In this document: positions 50,102 through 59,400 of the stretch, piece by piece | Layout: each line of letters opens with the position of its first letter | Numbering within the stretch: the first letter of the stretch is position 1 | Assembly (NCBI GenBank): GCA_963717005.1 | Contig: OY970324.1 | Span: 658,937 to 722,936, forward strand | Reading direction: 5' to 3' | Length of the DNA stretch: 64,000 nucleotides | Source of the DNA: an uncultured delta proteobacterium | GTDB taxonomy: Bacteria; Desulfobacterota; Binatia; Binatales; Binataceae | Made by a program: the position numbers and the translations under genes | Notes under the pieces: generated by a model | Told to the model about the DNA's origin: nothing | Seen by the model: the letters and a program-made list of their open reading frames with translations, nothing else | The model's database searches: none

Positions 50102-50140
50102 CCCGATCCCTCGATCCGCGAGCGGTCGGGTTTTTGTTTT
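50102..50140 (+). terminator. Riboswitch expression-platform terminator
   Basis: CCCGATC...GGTCGGG stem followed by TTTTTGTTTT, between the aptamer and the btuB start. Confidence 0.75.
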
Positions 50141-50194
50141 TCGTCGCCCGATCTTCCTCCGCGCGCCGGCAGCCTTTGAACTCGGAGGAAGTTC

Positions 50195-52267
50195 ATGCGG
50201 TTTCCTATTTTGATCGTCGCGACAATTCTGACGACAGCGCTGCTTGCGCCGATCGCTCGCGCTCAGACGCCCACGGCCGCGTCTTCGCCAGCGCAGACAC
50301 AAACCAATTCTAGATCGGCAAAGAATAAAGCGAGTCAGCCGGCGACGGCGCCCAAAAAGGAAGAGGCGCAGAAGCTGAATCCGGTGGTCGTCACCGCGAC
50401 TCGCATCCCGCAGCCAATCGGCGAGATCGGCACGACCATCACGGTGGTCGAAGATCCGCAGATCCAGGCGCAGAAGATCCAGCGGGTCGAAGACGTGTTG
50501 CGGCAGGTGCCCGGCGTGCAGGTCACTCAGAGCGGCTCACCCGGCTCGGTCACCGACGTGTCGATTCGCGGCGCGACGCCGTCGCAAACGCTGGTGCTCA
50601 TCGACGGGGTCGAGGTCAACGCGGGCGCGACCGGCAGCTTCGACATGGCTAACCTGACCACAGACAATCTCGATCGCGTCGAGATTTTGCGCGGCGCGGG
50701 CGGCTCGCTCTACGGCTCGCAGGCTATCGGCGGCGTCGTCAACGTGCTGACTCCGGAGGGCGAAGGCCCCCCGACCGCGAGCATCCTTTCCGCTGGCGGC
50801 AATCGCGCGACCAGCCAGCAAGTTGGGACCTTCAGCGGCGCCGATGGAAACCTCCACTACTCGGGCGGAGTGTCGTACTTCTCGACCGAAGGATATCGCC
50901 CGGTCAACGACAACTCTGACGACCTCGCCGGCAACGTGCGGCTCGACTACCATCTCGGCGACGACACCGTGCTCCGCGGCTTCGCGCGTTACTCCGCGTC
51001 GAACGTCAGCCTGCCAAATTTCCTGGTGTTTTCGGGCGTGCCGCTCGACTCGACTGCGCATCAGCGCGACGAGTTCATGCTGTTCAAGGGCGAAGTCGAG
51101 CATCACTTCGGCGAAAGCCTGCTCGTGCGCGTGAGCGCCTCCTTCGTGCGCCAGGACGTGCGCGTGAACGCGCCGCCATTTCCGGGTGGCACCGTTTTCG
51201 GCACACCTTATTTCGAGACCGATTCGATTCCCGAGGAGACCCGCGGCGTCAACGCGGAGGCGACCTACACCTGGCCCGCCGCCTTGCCCGGCTTCCGCAC
51301 GCTGGTGGGCTTCGATTTTCTCGATCGATGGCTGCGCACGGACAGCTCCTGCAGCTTTTGCGATCCGCTGCCGCCGTTCGGAATCGGAGTGACCAAATTC
51401 CACGCGGGCCGCCAGGAATACGCCGGCTATCTCGAGCAGGAGGGCAGTCTCTTCGACGGCCACTTGCTCGTCACCGGCGGATTCCGCGTCGATGGCAACA
51501 GCCAGTTCGGCGAGGAGGTCAGTCCCGCGTGGTCGGTCGCGATTCCGATTACTAAAATCTCGACCACGCTGCGCGGCAGCTACAGCGAAGGCTTTCGCGC
51601 GCCCGCATTCGACGAGCTGTACTACCCGAACTTCGGCAATCCCAATCTGAAGCCCGAAATTTCGAGCGAGTACGACGGCGGCTTCACCACCAACTTCGGC
51701 GAGCGTGCCTCATTCACCGCGACCTACTTTTCGCGCCGCGTGAAGAACCTGATTGTCACCGTGCCATGCCCGACCTGTGTCTTCGGATCGGAAGCGGGCA
51801 ACGCGGCGCGCGTCGATGTGCAAGGCGTCGAGATCGCGCCGAGCCTCACGATGGCCAAGGGACTAACGCTGAGCGGCAACGTGACTATTCTCGACGAGAC
51901 GCACGTCGATGCGCGCGGCTCGACGGCGCAGCCGCTGCGGGTGGCGAAGCACACGGCGTCGGCGCTGGTGCAATACGTGCGCAGCGGGACTTTTCTGCCG
52001 CACGACAAAATCGTCGCCAACGTGAGCTACGTCTTTGTCGGCGATCGCGACGACATTACGGTCGAGTCCACGATCGCGAATCACTCGGCGTACAACCTGG
52101 TAAATGCGGTCGTGTCGTACACGATGGGAATCCCGCTGAATCACATAAACAACGAAGAGGTCTTCGCGCGCGTAGGCAACCTGATGGACCGCAACTACTC
52201 GGAGGCCTTCGGCTTCAAAGCCCCGACGATCAACGTGCTCGCCGGCATCAAGCTGGATTTCGAGTAG
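50195..52267 (+). CDS. btuB: TonB-dependent cobalamin/cobinamide receptor
   Basis: Signal peptide; VVVTATR TonB-box region; plug domain (VEILRG.GGSLYGSQAIGGVVN); NPNLKPE; terminal Phe-Glu; B12 riboswitch upstream. Confidence 0.9.
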   Translation: MRFPILIVATILTTALLAPIARAQTPTAASSPAQTQTNSRSAKNKASQPATAPKKEEAQKLNPVVVTATRIPQPIGEIGTTITVVEDPQIQAQKIQRVEDVLRQVPGVQVTQSGSPGSVTDVSIRGATPSQTLVLIDGVEVNAGATGSFDMANLTTDNLDRVEILRGAGGSLYGSQAIGGVVNVLTPEGEGPPTASILSAGGNRATSQQVGTFSGADGNLHYSGGVSYFSTEGYRPVNDNSDDLAGNVRLDYHLGDDTVLRGFARYSASNVSLPNFLVFSGVPLDSTAHQRDEFMLFKGEVEHHFGESLLVRVSASFVRQDVRVNAPPFPGGTVFGTPYFETDSIPEETRGVNAEATYTWPAALPGFRTLVGFDFLDRWLRTDSSCSFCDPLPPFGIGVTKFHAGRQEYAGYLEQEGSLFDGHLLVTGGFRVDGNSQFGEEVSPAWSVAIPITKISTTLRGSYSEGFRAPAFDELYYPNFGNPNLKPEISSEYDGGFTTNFGERASFTATYFSRRVKNLIVTVPCPTCVFGSEAGNAARVDVQGVEIAPSLTMAKGLTLSGNVTILDETHVDARGSTAQPLRVAKHTASALVQYVRSGTFLPHDKIVANVSYVFVGDRDDITVESTIANHSAYNLVNAVVSYTMGIPLNHINNEEVFARVGNLMDRNYSEAFGFKAPTINVLAGIKLDFE

Positions 52268-52278
52268 GATGCGCCTTT

Positions 52279-52585
52279 TGTCATTTTGAGCGCGGAGAGA
52301 TGGCTTGTCATCGTGACTGAAGCGAGCAGCGCGGGCTCTTAACTCTGTCCTCCTGACGAAGCGAGCAACGCGACCATTTTTGTCATCCTGACAAAGCGAG
52401 CAACGCGAGCGGTCGGAACAATCTCGGACAGCTTCGCGTCAGCGAAGCTGGTACCGGTTTTGTAATCGCGCAGATGTCCTTACTCTCATTGGATGCAGCA
52501 ATGCAGAACCGGAACCGGCGGCGCTCACGCGCCGCTGTCCGAGATCCTTCCTGCCGCTCGCGCTGCTCGCTTCGTCAGGATGACA
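52279..52585. repeat. REP/REPIN-like cluster: three degenerate direct copies plus a 52-bp inverted pair
   Basis: TGTCATCCTGAC.AAGCGAGCA.CGCGAGCGG..GGAA..ATCTCGGACAGC at 52381-52432 and inverted at 52534-52585 (46/52 identical); partial copies start at 52279, 52306 and 52346. Confidence 0.8.
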
Positions 52586-52618
52586 AGAGTTGCGTGCCCG
52601 CTGTGGCGTCGGAGACCC

Positions 52619-53188
52619 TCACACAATCTCAGTGTGGAGCAAGCTGTTCTGCGCGGCGGCGAAATATCTATCGAAGATTGCGCGGGTTCGATCGCGACGC
52701 TCCGCCAGTTTCGCAAGCATTCGGGCTGCAGGATCTGACGTATTCGGTTCCAGGGACTGAGGGCCAACCGGAAGCTCCGGGGGGAGCGGAGTGTTCATCG
52801 GGGTCGGTATCGCGGCTCCTGATGGCGCTGGCGCGGGGCCGCTTCCCGGGGCTGTATTGGCTGCTCCGCTGAAGACGCTTGAGAGCGTTATACAGAGCTG
52901 CCAGTCGGAATTGGGGAAAGGCGTAAGCTTTTTCAGCTCCTCCGGAGTCATGTTTTGGGCGGAGGCGGACTGACTGAATACGGCGCGGCAATGTTCGCGC
53001 ATGGCCGTCCATCCTGCCTGATCCCACCCATTGGCCCTAAAATTCGGTGGGATCCCTTCTGGAATGAAGCCTACCGGAGCATTGCCGGTCGGCGCTGCAG
53101 ACGGCGTCTGCGCGTTGGCGTTCGTCCCCACCAGCGCTGCGACCAGAGTGACGACGATCACGATTGGCGCTGCTCTTACAGCGTTCAG
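52619..53188 (-). CDS. Hypothetical secreted Pro/Ala-rich protein fused in frame to a displaced copy of the glnE C-terminus
   Basis: GGAGG then CTG at 53188 (or GTG 53161); signal peptide ending ANA; ends AARMLAKLAERRDRTRAIFDRYFAAAQ. Confidence 0.55.
   Translation of the reverse strand: MNAVRAAPIVIVVTLVAALVGTNANAQTPSAAPTGNAPVGFIPEGIPPNFRANGWDQAGWTAMREHCRAVFSQSASAQNMTPEELKKLTPFPNSDWQLCITLSSVFSGAANTAPGSGPAPAPSGAAIPTPMNTPLPPELPVGPQSLEPNTSDPAARMLAKLAERRDRTRAIFDRYFAAAQNSLLHTEIV
52649..52729 (-). repeat. Diverged direct-repeat copy of the glnE 3' end (partner 53357-53437)
   Basis: 69/81 identical; 9 of 12 differences are synonymous in the glnE frame. Confidence 0.9.
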
Positions 53189-53341
53189 TTATTCCTCCGG
53201 TTGCTTGCGGATCGAATGCCAATCACGACGCATCTTGCTGACCGAGAGTTACTTTGTCCTACCGGCAGTTGACACCCGAAATTGCGATGAAAGTCAAACG
53301 GAAGTGCTGCGCGCAGATGACGACCGCAAAGGCTCAGTGCA

Positions 53342-56308
53342 TCAAGCTCCCCTTGCCTGCTCGGCCGCAAAATATCGATCGAAGATTGCGCGGATGCGGT
53401 CGCGGCGCTCGGCCAGTTCCGCGAGCATTCGGGCGGCGCCGTCGGCGCCGTCGAAGCCCATTCGGCGCGCCAGTGGGCGAATGCCAATCACGGAGGTTTG
53501 GATCGCCCAGGCCGGCTGGTCGCTCTCGATGCGCAGCCGGTTTTCCAGGCGCGACAGGAATCGGTAGTCGTCTTTGAGAATCGCGGCATCGGCGGCCTTC
53601 AGCAGATGCAAGCCGGCGAGCGCTTCAAGCGATTCCATCGTGTTGCGCACGCGCAGCTCGCGATGCCGATGGCCGTGGCTCAGCGCCATCATCTGCACCA
53701 GGAACTCGACATCGACCAGACCGCCGTGGCCCTGCTTGATGTTGAGCCGGGTCTTGTCCTCGGCGCCGATTTCCATTTCCATCCGCCGGCGCATCGCCGC
53801 TATCTCGCCGACCTCGGCCGCCGTCAGTCCGCGGCCGTACACGAATTCCTGGCGCGCCGCTTCGACTTCGCGGCCGAGTTCGGCGTCGCCCGTTATCACG
53901 CGCGCGCGCACCAGCGCCTGCCGCTCCCATACCGCGGAACTTTGCCGATGATAGTCGCGAAAGCCCGCCAGCGACGTGACCAACGGGCCCGCGTTGCCCG
54001 ACGGACGCAGGCGCAGATCGAGTTTGTAGGCGTAGCCCTCGCGCGTGCGCGATTCGAGGATCGCGATCAGCTTCTGCGTGATTCGCGACGCGATTTCGGG
54101 GCTGCCCGCGGCCGCTTCCGCGCGATCGTCATAAACAAAAATCAGATCGAGGTCGGAGTTGTACGACATCTCGCTGGCGCCGAGCCGGCCCATCGCGATC
54201 GCGCACAGGCGCATCGTGGGCGGAATCGTGAAGCGCGCCGCAGTCTGAATTCGCGCCAGCGCCATCGCTTCGTCCAGCACCGTTTCCGCCAGACTCGTCA
54301 GCTCGCGCTCGACCTCGAACAACTCGAGGCTGCCGGCCAGGTCGGCAATCGCGATGCGCAAGAATTCCTGGTGACGAAAGACGCGCAGCGCATCGAGCTT
54401 GCTCTCGAAATCGGGACTCGCCGCGATCAATCCCGCCAGCTCGTCGCGCAGCTCGGCCGGACTGCGCCGCGTCGCCGCCAGGTCCGAGCGCACCAGCGTG
54501 TCGAGCATGTCGGGATGGCGGATGAAGATGGTCGAGAGGTAGGCGCTCGAGGCGAACAGCCGCAGCAGGATGCGGCGGGTCGCGGGATGTTGCTCGAGCA
54601 GCGCGAGGAACGACGTTCGCGCGCCGACCGCGGCGATGAACTCGGCGAGGTTCATCAGCGCCAGATCGGGATCGGGCAGTTTGCCGATCTCGTCGATCAT
54701 CATCGGGCCGAGGCGCTCGAGCAGCTCGCGGCGGCGCGGGCTGGTCGGCGCGTGCGAGGGTCCCCGTGCGAGCAGTTCGAGATGGCGCGCGCTCTCGTCG
54801 GCGCGCGCGAAGCCAAGCTCGCGCAGGTAGCGCGTCGAGGATTCCGGATCGAGCGCTGAGTTCCAGGCGAGTTCCGCCGCGGAGGAGACCGAGCGGGTTG
54901 AGTCTTCCTCGCCGCCGGCCAGGGTCTCGCGGAACTGCAGCTCGACCAGTGCGCGATGAGTCCTGAGCAGCTCGCTGAATTTCCTGATCGCCGCCGCACC
55001 TTTGCCAAAACCCATTCGCGCCGCCAGCGCGTGCATCCCGTCCTTGTCGGGGGGCAGCACGTGCGTCTGCAGTCCGGCCACGACTTGCAGCTTGTGCTCG
55101 ACGTCGCGCAGGAACAGGTATGCGTCGGCGAGTTCGCGCGCGCGTTTCGATGGCAGGTAGCCGAGCGCGTCAAGCTTGTCGAGCGCGGCGACGGTCTGCT
55201 CGATTCGCAGCCGGGGATCGCGTCCGCCATAAATCAGCGTCAGCGCCTGCACGATAAATTCGAGTTCGCGGATTCCGCCGCGGCCGAGCTTGATGTTGCG
55301 CTCGATCATCGCCGGCGTCTTCAGCTCGGCCTCGATCTGATGCTTCATCGCGCGCAACTGACGCAGCGTGTCGAAGTCGAGGTAGCTGCGAAACACAAAA
55401 TGATTCAGCTCCGCGCGCAACTGATAGCCGATTTCCAGATCGCCGGCGACCGGCCGCGCCCGCAGCAGCGCCGCCCGTTCCCACGGCTCGCCCAGGTTCT
55501 CGTAGTAGTTGATCGCACCGTCAATCGGCGTGACCAGCGGCGCCGAACGACCGCCGGGGCGCAGCCGCAGATCGATTCGAAAGCATCGCGCCGACAGAAT
55601 TTCGGTGAACCATTCGCCCAGCCGCGCCGCCGCTTCGGAACTGTCCGGCGATCCCGGCGACGCGTGAAGATAAATCAAATCGACGTCCGAGCTGAGGTTG
55701 AGCTCGCGCGCGCCAAGCTTGCCCATCGCCAGCACGCAGAATCGCCCAATCGCCCGCGAGCGCTCGCCCAGAAACCGGGTCGCAAGATTAAGCGCGGTGC
55801 GAATGCATTCGTCGGCCAGCTCCGACATCGCGAGCGCCGTCTCGCCGACGCTCAGCCGGTCGAGCAAATCGGCAATCGCCACCTGCACCATGATGCGGCG
55901 CATGAACTGTCCGAGCACCGCCGCGGCAGCCTGGCGATCGGGCGCGTCGATCGCAGCCCGCTCGGTGCGCATCGCAGCGACGAGACCGTCAACGGTCTGG
56001 GCGCGCGCATCGAGAAAAATGTTTGCCCAACTCTCGCCGGCTAGAGACAGCTCGGTCGCGACCAGCTCCGACGAGCCGAGACAAAAGATCAGATCGGCGC
56101 CGGCCGCGCGGTCGCGCAACACCTCCTTCAGGTCGGTGGCGGAATTTTCGGCGAGCTTGGTCAGAAACGCGAGCGCCAACTGCTCGTCAGGCGCACGATC
56201 TTCGACGGCGGCAAGCGCCTGCTGGGCCAGCCGATCGTTGCCGAGCCTCTCCTTCAGCCGTCTGGCGAGGACGGCGAGTTGCGGCGATTGCGCGGCCTTG
56301 CGTGGCAT
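53342..56308 (-). CDS. glnE: Bifunctional glutamine synthetase adenylyltransferase / adenylyl-removing enzyme
   Basis: Two NTase domains: MGKLGARELNLSSDVDLI and MGRLGASEMSYNSDLDLIF; IDLRLRP.G; NIKLGRGGIRELEF; WERQAL.RAR. Confidence 0.96.
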   Translation of the reverse strand: MPRKAAQSPQLAVLARRLKERLGNDRLAQQALAAVEDRAPDEQLALAFLTKLAENSATDLKEVLRDRAAGADLIFCLGSSELVATELSLAGESWANIFLDARAQTVDGLVAAMRTERAAIDAPDRQAAAAVLGQFMRRIMVQVAIADLLDRLSVGETALAMSELADECIRTALNLATRFLGERSRAIGRFCVLAMGKLGARELNLSSDVDLIYLHASPGSPDSSEAAARLGEWFTEILSARCFRIDLRLRPGGRSAPLVTPIDGAINYYENLGEPWERAALLRARPVAGDLEIGYQLRAELNHFVFRSYLDFDTLRQLRAMKHQIEAELKTPAMIERNIKLGRGGIRELEFIVQALTLIYGGRDPRLRIEQTVAALDKLDALGYLPSKRARELADAYLFLRDVEHKLQVVAGLQTHVLPPDKDGMHALAARMGFGKGAAAIRKFSELLRTHRALVELQFRETLAGGEEDSTRSVSSAAELAWNSALDPESSTRYLRELGFARADESARHLELLARGPSHAPTSPRRRELLERLGPMMIDEIGKLPDPDLALMNLAEFIAAVGARTSFLALLEQHPATRRILLRLFASSAYLSTIFIRHPDMLDTLVRSDLAATRRSPAELRDELAGLIAASPDFESKLDALRVFRHQEFLRIAIADLAGSLELFEVERELTSLAETVLDEAMALARIQTAARFTIPPTMRLCAIAMGRLGASEMSYNSDLDLIFVYDDRAEAAAGSPEIASRITQKLIAILESRTREGYAYKLDLRLRPSGNAGPLVTSLAGFRDYHRQSSAVWERQALVRARVITGDAELGREVEAARQEFVYGRGLTAAEVGEIAAMRRRMEMEIGAEDKTRLNIKQGHGGLVDVEFLVQMMALSHGHRHRELRVRNTMESLEALAGLHLLKAADAAILKDDYRFLSRLENRLRIESDQPAWAIQTSVIGIRPLARRMGFDGADGAARMLAELAERRDRIRAIFDRYFAAEQARGA

Positions 56309-56386
56309 CTCTTAAACGATAACAGACGCGGAGAGTGCGCGCGCCGCAACTATTGGCGCTGTCAGGTCACCGCCGGCGGGACGCGA

Positions 56387-57553
56387 TCAGGCCTTTTGTG
56401 CGAGGGTCTTTTTCGAATGATGAGTCGTCTTCGACGAAGCGCGAGAATGGTGATGAGAATGTGACGCATGCCCTTTCGCGGCGCGGCGCGGGGCGAAGTC
56501 GGTCTTGATCGGTGCCGGTCGAATCGCGGGTTCATCCTCGATGCCGGGGAAATACTTTTCCTCGTCGCGATGCACCTGCAAGGCGGCCAGGAATTCCGCG
56601 TAGTAATTCTTCACCGCGAAGCCAAAATGCGGCCCCTGGTAGTGCTGGACCATTTCGGAGTAGTCGCCGCCGTAGATTCCTGCCGCGCGCGCCACTCCGC
56701 CGGTGCCATAGTTGTACGCCGTAATCGCCAGCGGCCAATCGCCCAGCGTCTCGTAGTTCGAGCGCAACAGCTTGGCCGCCGCCACCGTCTCGCGCTCGGG
56801 GTTCAGCCGATCGTCGTGATAGCGCGTGATTCTCATGTAGTGCTTGCCGGTATCGCGCGTGAACTGCCAGATCCCGACCGCGCCGGCGCTCGAGCGCGAA
56901 GCGCCGTGGAAGCCCGACTCGACATGCGCGAGCGTCACCAGCTCGGGCGGGATTCCGGCCTCGCGGAAGATCCGCTCCATCGACGGCATGTAATAGCGGC
57001 TGCGCAGCAGCCCTTCATGGAATTGCTCGCGCAGCCCTTCCTGCACGCGCAAATTCTGTGCGGCGGCGGTGTAGGCGCTCGGCGGCTCGCCCTTGAACAT
57101 CGCGGCAATCTCGCGCTCCTCGTCATCGGCGGGCGGACGGGTCGCGAGGCGATTCAGGATGTCGGAATATTTGGTCTTGAGGTAGTCGTTGGCCCAATCG
57201 ATATCGGTGCGAGTGGGCTGACCGTCGCCGGGAAGATGAAAGACGTGGTAGATGCGCGCAACATTGTCGCGATCCATCACGATGAAGTCATTCTCGGAGT
57301 ACTTGGTAAACACATCGATCCAGAAATTCACGTTGGGCTGGATCGCCGCCGGCCGCGGGAATGGGAGCGTGGTTTCCGACGAGGCGTCGGGCGGGGTCGC
57401 AACCGCAAACAGCATCGCGAGCGCGAACGCCCCGATTACTTTTGCGATTCGATTCGCCGACAATTTCTCTTGCAACAAAAGCTCTTCCCCCGCGCATGAG
57501 TCTCCGCTCGCGCGCGTCTCCCGGGCTGCCCGCAAGGAAGCAGGCTTTATCAA
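56387..57553 (-). CDS. Lytic transglycosylase (MltD-like SLT domain); true start probably downstream of the ORF start
   Basis: IP.EL..LAHVESGF...RSSAGAVGIWQF...TG; DDRL.PE..T.AAA..L; WPLAITAYNYG.G; no LysM, His/Lys-rich tail. Confidence 0.88.
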   Translation of the reverse strand: MIKPASLRAARETRASGDSCAGEELLLQEKLSANRIAKVIGAFALAMLFAVATPPDASSETTLPFPRPAAIQPNVNFWIDVFTKYSENDFIVMDRDNVARIYHVFHLPGDGQPTRTDIDWANDYLKTKYSDILNRLATRPPADDEEREIAAMFKGEPPSAYTAAAQNLRVQEGLREQFHEGLLRSRYYMPSMERIFREAGIPPELVTLAHVESGFHGASRSSAGAVGIWQFTRDTGKHYMRITRYHDDRLNPERETVAAAKLLRSNYETLGDWPLAITAYNYGTGGVARAAGIYGGDYSEMVQHYQGPHFGFAVKNYYAEFLAALQVHRDEEKYFPGIEDEPAIRPAPIKTDFAPRRAAKGHASHSHHHSRASSKTTHHSKKTLAQKA

Positions 57554-57754
57554 TTAGCTGCCCTTGCTCCCGTAGTCAACAAATTCGACGCCTAAGCTAA
57601 AGGGGATTCCTGCAATCATCCGTTTAGATACTCGACAGCACGCACAATTTACCGCCTCGCCAGGGTTTCCGTGACGCGAGGTTCCGCACAGCATCGGTTC
57701 GGCGGCGGGAGAGTCGCTGTGGGCAGCGGCTTGACCTTTGGGTCTCGGTGATGT

Positions 57755-57776
57755 AAATGAGAATCATTCTCAATTT
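57755..57776 (+). promoter_or_regulatory. Fur-box-like operator overlapping a promoter
   Basis: Perfect 7-1-7 palindrome TGAGAAT-C-ATTCTCA (57758-57772), close to the Fur consensus TGATAATnATTATCA; TTGACC at 57731. Confidence 0.75.
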
Positions 57777-57792
57777 CAGGAGCGCCCGCCTC

Positions 57793-58146
57793 GTGACTCT
57801 AAAATTCATCTCGACCATTACCTCAACCGCATTCGCTTCACTGGCACTACTCGCCCTATTCGCTGCGCCGCCGGCGCGTGCGGCTGACGATTCTTCGTTG
57901 CGCTTTCATGCCGGCGCGGTCGAGCCCGCGAGCCTAACGGTGCCTGCCAACACTCCTGTGAAATTGCAGGTCACCAACTCCGGTGACGCGGCCGTCGAGT
58001 TCGAGAGCTTCGAACTGCATCGCGAGCGCGTCGTGCAGCCCGGGCAGACAATCACTGTGTACATTCCGGCGCTGCCGCCCGGCACCTACCCGTTCTTCGA
58101 CGACTTCAGCCACGGCGCGGTAAAGGGCGAGATTGTCTCGCGCTGA
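57793..58146 (+). CDS. Periplasmic cupredoxin-domain protein (FtrB/EfeO-cupredoxin-like)
   Basis: GTG start after CAGGAG; signal peptide ending ARA; EFESFELHRERVVQPG and YPFFDDF motifs. Confidence 0.8.
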   Translation: MTLKFISTITSTAFASLALLALFAAPPARAADDSSLRFHAGAVEPASLTVPANTPVKLQVTNSGDAAVEFESFELHRERVVQPGQTITVYIPALPPGTYPFFDDFSHGAVKGEIVSR

Positions 58147-58594
58147 GGATGCGCCGGGTCGCCGCGCGTTTCGGGCGATCCTTTGGTCAGCGGCGATCGC
58201 GATCATGGCGGCTCAATTCGTGCGCCCCGATCGTGCGAATCCCCCCGTGAGCGGCGATTTGTCCGCGCCGCCGCCGGTCAAAAGTGCAATTCAACGCGCC
58301 TGCTACGACTGTCATTCGAACCAAACGCGATGGCCCTGGTACAGCGCCGTGGCGCCGCTCTCATGGTGGATTCACTACGAGGTCGATAAGGGCCGGAGGC
58401 GGCTGAACTTCTCGTCATGGACTGACTACACCTCCGACCCCGGCACCGAGGATCAAAAGCTCGACGAGGCCGCGCGGCTGATCGCCAGCAACGCGATGCC
58501 GCCGTGGTACTACCTCGCGATGCATCCCGCGGCGCGACTGACATCCACCGAGCGCGACGCAATCACGCGATGGATTGCCGGCGAGAAATCGTGA
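58133..58594 (+). CDS. Monoheme c-type cytochrome (Haem_bd domain)
   Basis: ACYDCHSN..WPWYS.VAP.SW; GR..LNFS.W; MPPWYYLAMHP. Confidence 0.88.
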   Translation: MSRAEDAPGRRAFRAILWSAAIAIMAAQFVRPDRANPPVSGDLSAPPPVKSAIQRACYDCHSNQTRWPWYSAVAPLSWWIHYEVDKGRRRLNFSSWTDYTSDPGTEDQKLDEAARLIASNAMPPWYYLAMHPAARLTSTERDAITRWIAGEKS

Positions 58595-59400
58595 TGATCA
58601 TCCGCGCAATCGTTTTCGGCGCGGCGATGTTGGTGATCGCGGCGAATGCGTCGGCGCAAGTCGATCCGTTCGAGTTCGAGGTGTATCCGTATCAGAGCGT
58701 GGGCAGGGGCATGGTCGAGCTGGAGTCTCTCAACAGCTTCGTGCCGAACGGTCACAGCCACGGCGGCGACGGCACCTCGGCCGGCGATTACCCGAGCCAG
58801 GCGATGTATCGCACCGCGTTCGAGCTCACTTACGGGTTCACGGACCACGTCGAGGCCGCCGCGTACCTGAATCTCGCGCATCCCAACGCCGACTCGTTCG
58901 AATACGCCGGCTCCAAGTTTCGCGTGCGCGGCAGCCTGTTCGAGCAGGGCGAGTTGCCGGTGGATCTCGGATGGTATCTCGAACTGGAATGGCATCGAAC
59001 GCCGCAATTCGACGACAACGAACTGGAACTCGAGCTGAAGCCGATTATCGAGAAGGACTTCCGGAAATTTGAAATCTCACTCAATCCGATTTTCGAAAAG
59101 AGCGTCTTTGTCGGACCCAACAAGAACAAGGGCTTCGAGTTCGGCTACGCCGCGGGCATCTACTACGACTACCTTCGCGAGATTTCACCCGGCCTCGAGT
59201 TCTACGGCGCGCTCGGGCTTATCGACGACAACGATCCGCTGCACGCGCAGCAGCACTACATCTTCCCGGTACTAAAGGGCTCGCTGCCGCGCGGAATCGA
59301 GTACAACCTCGGCCCCGGCATCGGCCTGACCCGCGGCTCCGACCGCGTCATCGTGAAGTTCAACCTGGAGCTGGAACGCTTCGTCGGCTCGCTGTTCTAG
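58594..59400 (+). CDS. Predicted outer-membrane beta-barrel protein
   Basis: Signal peptide ending ASA; alternating aromatic/polar strands; C-terminal Phe; TGATG-coupled to the cytochrome gene. Confidence 0.65.
   Translation: MIIRAIVFGAAMLVIAANASAQVDPFEFEVYPYQSVGRGMVELESLNSFVPNGHSHGGDGTSAGDYPSQAMYRTAFELTYGFTDHVEAAAYLNLAHPNADSFEYAGSKFRVRGSLFEQGELPVDLGWYLELEWHRTPQFDDNELELELKPIIEKDFRKFEISLNPIFEKSVFVGPNKNKGFEFGYAAGIYYDYLREISPGLEFYGALGLIDDNDPLHAQQHYIFPVLKGSLPRGIEYNLGPGIGLTRGSDRVIVKFNLELERFVGSLF

Noticed and set aside
52279-52585. CRISPR array interpretation of the repeated TGTCAT motifs (also the collagen and 45-bp repeats)
   Set aside because: Units are degenerate, irregularly spaced or coding, include an inverted copy, and no cas genes are present
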